This document shows, one piece after another, positions 28,387-41,826 of a stretch of DNA of 64,000 bases. Source of the stretch: Octopus vulgaris. Lineage: Eukaryota. The stretch covers positions 63,240,001-63,304,000 of the forward strand of contig OX597818.1 of NCBI GenBank assembly GCA_951406725.2. Direction: 5' to 3'. How positions within the stretch are numbered: position 1 is the first letter of the stretch; each line of letters starts with the position of its first letter. A program made the position numbers and the translations under genes. Under the pieces are notes generated by a model, which saw only the letters and a list, made by a program, of their open reading frames with translations, did not search any database and had not been told where the DNA came from.

Positions 28387-28829
28387 AAAATCAAAATGGT
28401 AAAAACAAAACATTTCGCTGTTCATTTATATGAATCGGACGTTTTATTTTTGCTTTATTTCGGATAGAACATTTTTTTAAAGGGAAAAGTGAGAAGAAAA
28501 AAAACGAAGAGCGGGGAGAGAATATATATATATATTATATCATACCGTGATATTGCACGGGCTAAGATCCCCGTTGACAGGCCGCTGGTTTTCAGAGCGT
28601 GTTAAACACTTTGGGTATGCAAATGGGGAACTCCTCCGTAGAGTAACCGATGCATTTATTGGGTATATAAACAGTTTGGATGCTTGTTTTTGCGGAGATT
28701 GTCAAGGTGATGGAAACCCAGTAATCTTCGAAAATTAAGTAAAGTCGTCCATTTCTTTTTGAGTCTGTAGAAAAATGGCTAAAATTTGACCTGTTTATAA
28801 TTATACCATATGTTATATATATATATATA

Positions 28830-29004
28830 TACAATTAAAATCTTTATAAGGATTTATCAAGTAGTTAGCGTGAAAAACCTCACAAGGGAAAAAATAATCA
28901 ATTATTCCTCTTAAACATATTTGTATTAAGGGCATTACTAAAACAACAAAAAGAACTCTTAAGACACCATCATAGAATATATTTACTACCATCATTGTAC
29001 CAAG

Positions 29005-29063
<59 letters not shown>

Positions 29064-29252
29064 TAAAGAATAGGATAACATCTTTATAAGGATTTATCAA
29101 GTAGTTAGCGTGAAAAACGTCATAAGGGAAAAATTAATCAATTATTCCTCTTAAATATATTTAAATTAATGGTTTTACTAAAACAACAAAAATAACTCTT
29201 AAGACACCCTCATAGAATATATTCACTACCATCATTGTACCAAGATCACTAC
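28830..29252. repeat. Tandem dimer (~180-190 bp units split by (TA)n); a diverged relative of the 481-bp HHR unit
   Basis: 28830-29010 aligns with 29060-29250. caagtagttagcgtgaaaaacctcacaaggg matches caggtagatagcgtaaaaacctcataagag of the 37.5-kb unit. Confidence 0.85.
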
Positions 29253-30276
29253 CTGCTGCTGCTGCTACTACTACTATTATTACTACTACAACTATACTGC
29301 CACACTTTTGAATCCAATCGGTTTTCTGTTTTGTCTGTTGCATTTTGTACATATTCCAGAATCTATTCTTCGAAATTTTCTCTTTCACATACATTTTCTA
29401 TGCAGTGTCCATCGCACCAGACTTTATACCAAATGGCGACTAATGCAATAAAGCAGCAACAATTGTCACATTCCCAATAGATACTTGACTTTGCATTCAA
29501 ACATGGAAAATATTTAGGTCAAAGAACGGAAAGCAAAATTTCAGAGCAGTTTTTAAAATTTGTTGCTCCAAGTTATCTTCGATATTTGCTCCATGTAGAA
29601 AAGCACTTGCCAGCATATTATTATAGCTTCTCTGGCTTCTCTATCTGAAAGAATCCAGTATTATGTCTAACATTAACAGCACCCCATTGAATTTTGTGTT
29701 TATACTCAAACGCCACCAGTCTAACAGTCGGTTGTTCCGCTTGACGCGTTAGTGATGTTTATGTTTCAATGTAGCTAGTTTTTACCGAAGATTAAAAGCA
29801 CTCACAATTTACCTTTAGACATCACATTCTGGTTACAGGAAAATAATTTTATCTGCTTCCACTAGAATATTTTCCCTCGGCTCTTTGTTTGTTCCCGTCA
29901 TTCATTGGCATAAGATATACAATCTCATAAATATTCATCATTGGTTTTGCCAAATGGACACTTTTAGGAATAGATATTCAGATGGTAATGTTTATTATAA
30001 GCGACTGTCTTTAGTATTTCATCTCTTAATTATTAGTTAATTAATTATTTCTCAGTCTTAAATTATTTATATTAAGGGATCGTGGTAACCAGATGGCATA
30101 AAAAAAAAGAAAAATTCAAGGCAATTTCTGAAGGTAGTTCGGATTGCGTGTGGGAGTGCAAATAGCTATGCACCATTTTATATATTGATGAATGCGTATA
30201 TGTGGATATAAATGCATGTAGGTCACTCGTAATCACATACACACACACACACATATATATACACATATACACACAA

Positions 30277-30313
<37 letters not shown>

Positions 30314-30347
30314 CATACACACACAAACACACACACACACACATATG

Positions 30348-30385
<38 letters not shown>

Positions 30386-32661
30386 GCACACACACAGAAG
30401 CACGCACACATTCACACAAAACTCTCTCTTTCCTTCTCTCTATAAAGACGTAGATGGAGAGGCGTGAAGACAGTAAAGTAGATGTATAATTTTTTTTTTA
30501 TTTATTTGTCCTAATTTATATCGTCTATTGAATAATTTGGTACTTTGATCTCTCTTCAAATAAAGTACACGATTTCCACTTGAAATAGAAATCTTATCAA
30601 TATGGAAAACACTTCATAAACTATTATTTTCTCATTTAGTATGGACGTTGTTACGACACTAAATATTATGCAAACCAGGCAGGCCGTTCTTCCAATACTC
30701 ATTTTCGTGCACGCTATAAATACCTGGAAGATATTAATCTCTACCGGGAACAAAGAATGCTAATCTTTCTCTAATTAATTCGTCAATTGAATAGACGTTA
30801 ATCATCTCCATGTTGTCATCTGCTCACTGTTAGACTGATAACATCGTGTGCACTAACTACAACATTATCTTTTTACCTCGTGGCAAATAGCGTGTTTCGG
30901 GAAATAGATACTTTAGTTTACAATCCCAATTATCAGAAATCATGTATATATTGTTTTACCTATCAATTTAATGATTCATTCTTTCAACGCATTAACATCT
31001 AAATTAGCACAGCTTGTAAATTTGTAATAAACGAAAGTAAAAGTTCAACAAAAAAAGGATGGCTATTCACTCTCTGTTGCAGTGCCAGACAGACTGTGAA
31101 CTATTTAAATTACTTCAACTCATTAGCACAGGAAATGAGGACAAATTACGGTGTAGCTAATTGTTTTCAGAATATTGGTGTGATGTCAATGTATAGGTAA
31201 TATGACACCTCAATTAGATATTAGATTTTTAGCAACTAAATTTTTCATTAATTACTAAAGCATGACCAGTCCATATTTTTTGATAGATTTTATAAAATCA
31301 AAGAAATACTGGCGTTTGAATTGTGGCTCTCCAAACTAAAATGGTATGAAATAAAGTGATTAAAATTCGTATTTATTTATATCCTTGGCAAAAGATTTAT
31401 ACGCCACCGACAAACAAATGGGGTTTATTTGTTTTCAGTAAAGACAGTCTAATGAATCTGCGGAAATATGAGTCTGGAATAAAATGACATATTTTACACA
31501 CTACACTGTAACAAAATCTAATTCATTTGGAAGATGCCTTAATGAAACATATGAACATTTGGATTCCATTTGTTATTTGAACAATTTGACAGTCTTATTT
31601 CTTGGTCGTGTTGCTACAATGTCGTTTAGATTTGAATTTCGTATAATAGGCAGGACAATATTTCATGGGAACATATATATAAATACTTTTGGCAACAATT
31701 TTGCATCCCATATCATGGAATTATTTATTGTTTGCGATGGTGTAGATCATATCAGTGAAGTCTTTTGCACTTATACGGCAAACTCGGCAATTCTAGCTAA
31801 TTATGGTTGCGTGAAGGCAACGTTATGGCTTTAACATTTAGTTAATTTGCAGCCACTTCCTGCAAATCGATAATGTGAAATTTTTCTTCGAAGTATGAAA
31901 TTTCTCTGTTGCAAGCACAAATGGAGCTATTACCCTTCGGATTATAGCTGTCCACAGCTAGCGTCTTGCATATTCATAACTTTCTAATGATGAGTATTTT
32001 AATATAAATTCAAGAAGGCTATTCCTCTTAGTAGTACACGAATTAAAATTTGTGCTACGTCCTGAGTTATTAAATGACCCAACGATGAGGAAACGTTTGA
32101 TTTACACGTCTCGGCTTTAACTGTCCCGTGACTCTTCTCTAATAATACGTTGCAGCATTCACATGTCTTTCAAAGCAAGCATTATACATCTGACGCTGTT
32201 TCTTGTCTAAGACAGACATTCAACGTCAAGTATGTTATGGACGTTTCTGGTGGAAGGACTGAGTCTCTACGTATTGTTGTCCGAGTTACAGATCATTTCG
32301 AATATCTCGTTTCGTGAATTAATTACTGGTACTCGCAAAGACACAGCAGGGAAAGGAATACGATTTTATTAAATTAGGGCGGCGTTAGATTACATATTTT
32401 CATGAGACGGCTGATATATATCTGTAGCTATAATTGTAGAACTTACGTATCCCTGGTTATTTTATTAAGCTTAGTACTTCTCAGAGCATACAGAAGACAT
32501 ACACAAACAGATGTTTCACAAGGTTAATGTCAATCCAAGGAAAGCTTCTTAATGAAATATCAAACATGGACTCTTTTGCTTATAAACTATGAGTTTCCTG
32601 TCCATGACAATAATAGGTCCTCTTCTCCCATTTGTCTTTTTAATGCCACCTGATTACAGCA

Positions 32662-32711
<50 letters not shown>

Positions 32712-32844
32712 GAGAGATAATATAGTGTGAAGGAGATTCATTTTCACAACACCCATAAGCAAAATATTTGTGCAGGTCATTTATCAAATTCTGAACACAC
32801 ATACATCATCTTCGACGAAAGGTCATCTTGTCTGAGTGTATATA

Positions 32845-32896
<52 letters not shown>

Positions 32897-33043
32897 GAGT
32901 TGAATTGAGCAAGCACTATATGAGAGAGATTTTCTTTAAGTATTAGAAATAGTTTTAAAAAGTTTTTTTAGCTACTATTTCTAATGAGTTCAGTATGTGG
33001 CAAAGTAATTTATTTTACTAAGCCCTTTTATATAATGTAATAA

Positions 33044-33083
<40 letters not shown>

Positions 33084-33373
33084 TACAGGACGTCACCAAC
33101 AGTAAGCAACATGAAATACGTAAACAATTTCTTTAAAATACTCAAATAACGAGGGGGAAAGGGCAAATGACACAAAGAACGACTCTTCATCAGTTGTCAC
33201 TTTGTATCTACACCACATTTCGAGCAGCCAGAGTGAATATATGTATTATAAATTTAATATAATGTAATATGATATACTATAATATAATATAATGGAATTA
33301 TATATATATGTATATATGAAATAAAACGATTTCTGTTCAATCTGCGTTCAGCTCCATTTCTTCAATTCACCAA

Positions 33374-33442
<69 letters not shown>

Positions 33443-33911
33443 CTGCCACTAAGACAACAGTTTTGCAACCATTCTATGCTATCAAGAATTTTAAATGTTT
33501 ACGGTTGAATATTGTGGCTGACTTTTCTGTCTGCTAAGAGTGTTGTTATTTTGAAGCTTATATCTACAAATTTTCTACAAATTTCTCTGACAGTAGCGAA
33601 TGTTACCACTCTTCGTATACGCACATGTATTGCTTATATAGCCGAATCCGTATACGGAACTGCGGATCTTTTAGTAATGGCTCTGAATTTTACACGAAAT
33701 CTGTAATGTATATATAAGAAAGAAGAAAGCAAAGGACCACTGATGCGGTCACAGGACTGTGACGAAAGAACTCTGTGGCCGAAATAAGATTAAGTTTAAT
33801 GTAAAAAATAAATAACACTGAAGCAAAGTAACACCAAATATATAGTGCGTGTGTTTTTATTGGCTAAACTGGCAAAATGACCATTCCGAAATACAACAAT
33901 ATGTGTATATA

Positions 33912-33988
<77 letters not shown>

Positions 33989-35233
33989 GCACGCATATAC
34001 ACACGTAAATGTATATACAAATATAAAAATTGATATGTATGTATATGCGCAAGTATATTATTTAAATGCACACACACGCGGATATACAAGTATACATGTG
34101 GATGCGATTATGATCTCTTACACATATACATGCAGGCGTACGTGTGTGTGTCTGTGTGTGTTTCTCTTTGTCTGTTCATGTGCCTTTCTATGCAAACCTA
34201 CCCTTTCATATGCGACAGAAATCCAGATACTACAGATGATATGAAGCTTGCAGTCATTGGTAATTTCTTTCAGGAATAAATTAACCATATCTCTGGAGAG
34301 GTGACTTTTAGTTTAGAAACTTATACATCACAACGATGGAAGCGTTGCAACTCGCATGTATTGAAATATATGAAAGTGTAAGTGTATGCGTTTGATTGTG
34401 TGTCCGGAGAGTGTGTGGGTTTGTATTTATATGAGTGACCAATAAATGTATCGAAGAGGAAATCTCTAAAGGGTAAATTTCATTGAGCGCAATCTTCTCA
34501 AATATGGCTAATTGGTTACTGAGCATGATAGAGAATGTTACTATGAACTGCAGCTATATTCAGAATGAAAAGAATATGAATGAAGCTAGCATTAAGACGT
34601 ATTCATTCACATAAATTGGTGAGGGAGAATATTGTCTGAAAATATTTGACCAATATTGAGGTCAATATTTCACGCTAGAAACACACATAGACGTTCCCAT
34701 ATACATTTACATGCGTATACAGTCATGTGAATAAGATCACAAAAATCAGCACATAGACAATCACATGGGATAAAAGGAAAGAGTAACACGGAAATTAGCT
34801 TCATAGACATCATTTGAATACATATTTGTGCTGTCGCATATTGATATTAACAAGAAACATTCGGACAGACAAGTATATTTTGATGTATATTTATATAGAA
34901 ACTTCGCCTATTCCGATCAGGCTTCTTCCCACAGCAATCAAATGGCGGTTCAGTTCTCTTCTTATCCAACTGTCATATGGATATTAAACTGTGCCAATTG
35001 CTCGAATGGATGGCACGGTTTCCCCCTCTAAGCGCAAATAAAATAAAGCTAAAAACAACGACAAAGGGCATGCCACATCCTACCATTTCCTTATAGCTTT
35101 CACACGCACGTATATCCCCACACGCACACCGCATACGCACACATATAAGAAGAGTACTTTTATTAGTGAATTCGAAATTTCGGTTATCCAATCCATCATC
35201 TGATGATTTTTTGAGTAAAAACTCAGTTTAATG

Positions 35234-35276
<43 letters not shown>

Positions 35277-35298
35277 CGTGTGTGTGTGTGTATGTATG

Positions 35299-35423
<125 letters not shown>

Positions 35424-35763
35424 ATAAAAATTTAATGTACATTTAAACACAAAAATAGGTGACCCTTAACAGGCCGCCTTACATGGTAGAAGGAGCTTGC
35501 GCGGGGATTTAGAACAATTATAATATATAATGAGGAAACACGTGTTACTGATGAGAACTTCGCCTGACAAATTATTTTATTTGCAAATTAAGGTACGAAT
35601 CCTAGGGCTGGCTGTAAGAAATATGGTAAAAGCTTTTATTTTTCATTCCCTTCGAAAATGCTTTTAAATGTGGTTTTGGATGTTTTGACAGCTTCTTCTA
35701 TCAGGTAAGGTAAACTGTTAATGGTCACCCTATTTTGTGTTTAAATGTACACTAATTTTATAT
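35424..35763. mobile_element. MITE with ~70-bp terminal inverted repeats
   Basis: tgtacatttaaacacaaaaataggtgacccttaacag..ccttacatggtagaaggagct pairs with agcttcttctatcaggtaagg..ctgttaatggtcaccctattttgtgtttaaatgtaca. Confidence 0.82.
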
Positions 35764-35859
35764 CGAAAATATGTTGTCTATTGACTTGTTTTACATGCTA
35801 GGCCACTAGTAGAAGAATTTCTGTTTTGCTATCCTATATTATTTTAAGTATATATATAT

Positions 35860-35985
35860 ACGGAGAGTTTACGAAAAAAACCCAACAAAAGACGAAGGCA
35901 GGTAGTGTACAAAACAAACAGATGTATTAGTATATAACGCTCAGGAATAGAAAAAAGTATTTTACGTTTCGAGCCTACGCTCTGC
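35860..35985 (-). mobile_element. PLE-pLTR-like fragment with the 3' half of a minimal hammerhead (family also at 14575-14750 and 55540-55746)
   Basis: The reverse complement reads GAGC gtag GCTC-GAAA-CG-TA; downstream sequence is shared with the two other copies. Confidence 0.6.
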
Positions 35986-36869
35986 AGGGTGTGCTCAATA
36001 CGAGTCATTTAAAAATATGAAATATGTAGAAAACGGTTTATTTCTTTAATGTTTATAAAACATGCCTTTCTGTAAATCGACAAGATTACACTATCTTATG
36101 GAAAGAAATCCGTAGTCTTATTTATTCATTTTGTCAGCGTTTTCAGGAAAAAGAGACTTTCTTAATTTTTGCAATACACACACACACAGGCAAACAAACG
36201 CACACTCACACACATACACATACATGCACAAACGCGCATACCCGTTATCAAAATTAGCCTCGACCATCACTTGAATAGCGGAAAGGTTTACAGTGTGAAG
36301 AGCTGTAGTTCATACTGTAGTTCATATGATTGGTGTTATTATTATTGCACTGAACATGTGGTTGTCGTCAGTAAAATGGAGCCTACATCCATTCGGGATT
36401 ATGATCTCTCATTCGCTCCGTCTGTCTTGTATATTCATAAACTGTTTCTAGCGTGCTCGAGTGTGTAATTATATCTGTCTCAGTGCATAAAATATGGCCT
36501 GGTTCTTACATCAACCCGCCTCTCTTCTCTTTAGCAATATATTAATCTTTATTCTCCCTCTCCATTGAGATTTTGGGTAATTTGTATAATATGGATATTC
36601 ATTAATCAAATTTAATAGAGATTATTATAATTGTTGTTGCATATATGTAATTGAATTGTCATATTTTTACTTTTACAATTTTTGACAGTTAAAAATTTCG
36701 GCTCGGCTGCTTTTATCAAACAAGAATATAGTATTAGGGCTGAGGAAGCTGTAACTCTTCTCTGGGTCGGGGATTGGCTTTGGTATCTAATTGATGAAAA
36801 CGGCAAACAGACAAACAAAATATTCTGGATGAATACATGAATTTTTTGTAATATAAAATGCATATTTGT

Positions 36870-37087
36870 AATATTCTTTTCTACTCTAGGAACAAGGGAC
36901 GAAATTTTGGGGGCGGAGGCCAGTCGATAGTTCGATCCCAATACGCAACTGGTCATTAATTTATTGATCCCGAAAGTATGAAAGGCAAAGTCGACTCCGG
37001 CAGAATTTGAACTCAGAACTTAAAGACAGACGAAATACGGATAAGCATTTCGCCTGGCGTGCTAACGTTTCTCCCAGCTTGCTGCCT
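36870..37087 (-). mobile_element. tRNA-derived SINE (45138 family, tail variant)
   Basis: The reverse complement has ggcagcaagctgg..gttagcacgcc..gagttcaaattctgcc..gtcgactttgcctttcat. Confidence 0.9.
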
Positions 37088-37692
37088 TATTTAATGTCGT
37101 TAAGCAGTTTGTCCGATGTAATAACGGTTCTGCTCGCTCGCCGCCTCCATATTTGTGGTATTTCAATGCATTTCACATGTTTTGTTTACGTGAAAAATAG
37201 TAATTTCTATACTGCAGGGTGACAGTTGGTTTTTGTCTATCTCCTTAACTTCTTGGAGATTTTAGGTATAATTGTACAGACGTGTCCATCTGTTCTAATT
37301 TAATTAAATTCTTTGTCCTGGGGCAGATGACGACTGCTCTGCATTTTAAATTGATGTAATGATTGCATTATTCAATTAAATGGAGTTGCATAAAACGATT
37401 GTACTGCACTACCTCTGGATATCCTTGTTTCATATTTTGATTATAATCACCTTACTTTCAAATTGTATGGATAATACCGTACTAAATTCTAGTGCCTCAA
37501 CTTTAGTACTATATTCATCTGAATATATATATATATATATATAATTTATATATAGAGGGCATTATACATACATGCCAGAAGGCATTATACATACATGCCA
37601 AACGCTAAGAGGGACAATTAGTCATTTCTACCAAAAATATTACTAATCCCACCGAATGCAATTTTTCAAAGTAAGACATTAAAAAAAATATA

Positions 37693-37738
37693 GACCTGTA
37701 TCACAGTGATTTCATACTTACGTACTCATCAGCAGGCC
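37693..37738 (-). ncRNA. Type I hammerhead ribozyme, copy 1
   Basis: Exact reverse complement of 38895-38940. Confidence 0.88.
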
Positions 37739-38173
37739 TGAATGCATTATAAATAAACAACGACCCTGCCCCGCTTAAGTCGATCAGCTAACTGTTCAAC
37801 ATCAACGAAGCACATGGGTGAGTTTACATATATTACATCCGGTCAAATGGCAAACTTTTACGAATTGCATTTCGGGAGAGGAAAAGTTTTTCGGAATAAA
37901 AATTTAGCAATTAAGGACAACTACTTAATAAGGAAAACTTAACAAGAAATTGTCAGGTAGATAGCGTAAAAACCTCATAAGAGAAAAAATTTCGAAAATA
38001 ATTATTTCTTATTGAACATATTAATTTATATATAGAGGGCATTATACATACATGCCAGAAGGCATTATACATACATGCCAAACGCTAAGAGGGACAATTA
38101 GTCATTTCTACCAAAAATATTACTAATCCCACCGAATGCAATTTTTCAAAGTAAGACATTTAAAAAAAATATA

Positions 38174-38219
38174 GACCTGTATCACAGTGATTTCATACTT
38201 ACGTACTCATCAGCAGGCC
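38174..38219 (-). ncRNA. Type I hammerhead ribozyme, copy 2
   Basis: Exact reverse complement of 38895-38940. Confidence 0.88.
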
Positions 38220-38894
38220 TGAATGCATTATAAATAAACAACGACCCTGCCCCGCTTAAGTCGATCAGCTAACTGTTCAACATCAACGAAGCACATGGGT
38301 GAGTTTACATATATTACATCCGGTCAAATGGCAAACTTTTACGAATTGCATTTCGGGAGAGGAAAAGTTTTTTCGGAATAAAAATTTAGCAATTATGGAC
38401 AACTACTTAATAAGGAAAACTTAACAAGAAATTGTCAGGTAGATAGCGTAAAAACCTCATAAGAGAAAAAATTTCGAAAATAATTATTTCTTATTGAACA
38501 TATTAATTTATATATAGAGGGCATGTATACATACATGCCAGAAGGCATTATACATACATGCCAAACGCTAAGAGGGACAATTAGTCATTTCTACCAAAAA
38601 TATTACTAATCCCACCGAATGCAATTTTTCAAAGTAAGACATTTAAAAAAATATAGAGGTTTTTACGCTATCTACCTGACAATTTCTTGTTAAGTTTTCC
38701 TTATTAAGTAGTTGTCCTTAATTGCTAAATTTTTATTCCGAAAAAACTTTTCCTCTCCCGAAATGCAATTCGTAAAAGTTTGCCATTTGACCGGATGTAA
38801 TATATGTAAACTCACCCATGTGCTTCGTTGATGTTGAACAGTTAGCTGATCGACTTAAGCGGGGCAGGGTCGTTGTTTATTTATAATGCATTCA

Positions 38895-38940
38895 GGCCTG
38901 CTGATGAGTACGTAAGTATGAAATCACTGTGATACAGGTC
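38895..38940 (+). ncRNA. Type I hammerhead ribozyme, copy 3; predicted cleavage after A38934
   Basis: GGCCTG-CTGATGA-GTAC GTAA GTAT-GAAA-TCA CTG TGA-TA-CAGGTC. All core nucleotides are present, with stem I 6-7 bp, stem II 4 bp with a GNRA loop, stem III 4 bp and an AUA cleavage triplet. Confidence 0.9.
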
Positions 38941-39661
38941 TATATTTTTTTAAATGTCTTACTTTGAAAAATTGCATTCGGTGGGATTAGTAATATTTTT
39001 GGTAGAAATGACTAATTGTCCCTCTTAGCGTTTGGCATGTATGTATAATGCCTTCTGGCATGTATGTATAATGCCCTCTATATATAAATTAATATGTTCA
39101 ATAAGAAATAATTATTTTCGAAATTTTTTCTCTTATGAGGTTTTTACGCTATCTACCTGACAATTTCTTGTTAAGTTTTCCTTATTAAGTAGTTGTCCTT
39201 AATTGCTATATATATATATATATATATATATATGATTCTATAAATTTTCGTCTCCAACGTGCTTGCACACGTGTGAATGGTATAGGTTATTGTGACAAAA
39301 TATTTTGGTTCCCGGTGACAAATTCAGTAATCTGTTACACAAACCATGTCAATTCCTCTCGACGTACAAACAAATGAATCAGTTTGAATAATTCTTCCAT
39401 TGTTAGTTCCACCCCGAAGAAAATTTGCATGCTCTGTTTGTCGATATATATAAAGAGGATATATAAATATCATTCTGTGATATACGTTTAATAATATTTG
39501 AAGCTGAACAACATGATCGTTCTCCTACTCCCAATTGTAAAAAAACCCCGTTATTCTAGGAGTTTCGTTTATATACATTTTAGTGGGGTCAGACTATCTA
39601 TTGATTAAACACGTTTGCCTAACTTTCAAAATAATGGAAAATTTTGATTTAGTGCATTAAA

Positions 39662-39710
39662 AATAATAATAATGATGATGATGATGATGATAACAAAAAC
39701 AGCAACAACT

Positions 39711-39765
<55 letters not shown>

Positions 39766-39766
39766 C

Positions 39767-39835
<69 letters not shown>

Positions 39836-39908
39836 AATGATGGTGATGATGATGATTATGATGATGATGATGATGATGATGGTGATTATAATGATGATGA
39901 TGATGATA
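39662..39908. repeat. (AAT)n/(GAT)n compound microsatellite
   Basis: Directly visible. Confidence 0.96.
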
Positions 39909-41639
39909 TGTATTTGTGTATGTTTGCATATATGTTCATATATAAAACAGAATTTCTTCAAAGATCGATGTCAAATAATTACTAGATTGTTTCATGCAAG
40001 AATAATTTAAACTGGGAGATTAAAGGCTCGATTAACATGATATTAGTGCAACTAAACATCAAAACATACTGGTCGTATGTAGAACATAGTATACCAGCTA
40101 TATATTTCTATGTATTATTAACGATTAATGACCATATTTGCCTTGTTACTTTGATGTGAAAAAAAATAACAAATATATTGATGTATATATGAAGCAAATA
40201 TATATCAATATTGGAAATAATTCACTGTCGTTCTTTATACTTAAATAGACACTTCAAAACAAATTTATAGAATATATTTATATTTAGTGCTTTCCTGCGG
40301 CTAATGTATTAGAGCTGATTGTATTTGGTCAATATGTTAGACTTCAATAATTCAAATAATAGAATTAAAGCGCTTGTTCCAGTCGGTCATGTCCTAAACT
40401 GCTCTACTTGATTATATTTCGATCTGAAATAGATACAAACCAAACATATTAATTTAAATCAAGAAGATAATTTGATAAATAAATGGCTATTTTAGCGAAC
40501 GAACACTTTTCGATTTTTTCTAAATAATTAATCACCACTAATATGATAATTAATTAAAACAATTGACATTTAATTTATAGATATCACATATTCGCATTAT
40601 AAGACACATACCAGATATGTGCATACAACGTTTATCAAAAATGGTTTGTAAAATATTTAATCCAATATTTGTTAATTCAATTTTTGAGCGTAATTGAAGT
40701 TATTCACTGTTTCTATATTTTTCTATTAAATTTCCGAGGATGCCGTGTGATACATTTCCGTACACATCAAATAAAACTGTACCATGTTCATCCTTATATC
40801 ATAAATATATATATAATTTTGTATGCACATAAAGATTAATCGTAAATGTAATATTTCAAAGATCACTTTGTAATCTAATTTTTTCCAGATTATTACTTAC
40901 AAATTGCCCTGATATATGGACATGTCTGTTTATGAAAGTTAGTCCAGCTTGAATTTTATAGCCATAAATATTATGGAAAGATTTATTTGTCTACACCATA
41001 TTCGTTTTATCCAATTCTTATTATCAACTGCAAATACCATGTTAAGTTAATATAGAAACAACACAATTTTGAACTCGTATATAGTTATGAATGTCATAGA
41101 AATTAAATGAATGCTGAAATACGTAAACTAATATCAAACTTTGAAATTTTCATTCAACAATTCTACATTAAATTAAGGCAATACACAAAAAGAAATAGAG
41201 AACCGAGGCAGCTCGAACTGCGATGTGTATACATATATAAGCTTTAGAGTCAATTGCCGCCGTCGGTTTGCATTATATCATACAATGTCGTAGGATATTG
41301 ATAGATTCTGCTTTAGATTTGTCAATGAGATCACATTGAAGGAATAGTTTATATTAACTAAATTGCAAAATTTGGATTAAAATATAGAGGGGACTCTCCT
41401 AAAAATTACATTATCATTTAGAGGAAAATACATAACGTTATATTACGTACGAATACAAAACTATGAAAGGATAAGGAGAACAGCAAGAGTTTAATTTAAC
41501 AACAGAGAGAGCAAAAGAGAAAAATAAAAATAATATATACTGTCAACTTTCTCTATTTACAAAATATATAACTTTAGCAAGTTGTGTAAATATTGGAAAG
41601 TGTCAAGAGATAAACATTCAAATTCTGAATTAAAGTATT

Positions 41640-41826
41640 TGGCATAATGCCAGCAATTGTGAGGGAGGGGCTTAGTCGATTACACCTATTGCAGTGTTCA
41701 TCTGGTATTTATCTTATTGACCTCGAAGGGATGAAAGCCAAAGACGACCGCGGCGGAATTTGAATTCAGAATGTAAAGACGGACGAAATACCGCAAAACA
41801 TTTTCTCCGGCGTGCTAAGAATTCTG
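41640..41826 (-). mobile_element. Diverged SINE (45138 family)
   Basis: gaagggatgaaagccaaagacgacc..ggcggaatttgaattcagaatgtaaagacggacgaaatac aligns with 36970-37040. Confidence 0.82.

Larger units (their letters stand above)
37542..39208. mobile_element. Retrozyme-like array: ~2.3 tandem copies of a non-coding ~481-bp unit, then ~1.15 inverted copies, flanked by (TA)n
   Basis: Units start at 37542, 38022 and 38504 and are near identical. Orientation flips at ~38656, and the inverted block has a 481-bp period (38656 to 39137). Each full unit holds one hammerhead, and there is no ORF. Confidence 0.9.

Noticed and set aside
28547-28812. Short ORFs that might be LINE ORF1 or exon sequence
   Set aside because: No diagnostic motifs.
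35533-35570. GAAACACGTGTT followed by CTGATGAG, a possible permuted hammerhead
   Set aside because: Only 1 nt separates UH from CUGA, so there is no stem I, and stem II does not close.
37542-39208. CRISPR array or LTR retrotransposon interpretation of the repeats
   Set aside because: There are no unique spacers, no cas or gag-pol coding, and no TG..CA ends or PBS; the units abut directly.
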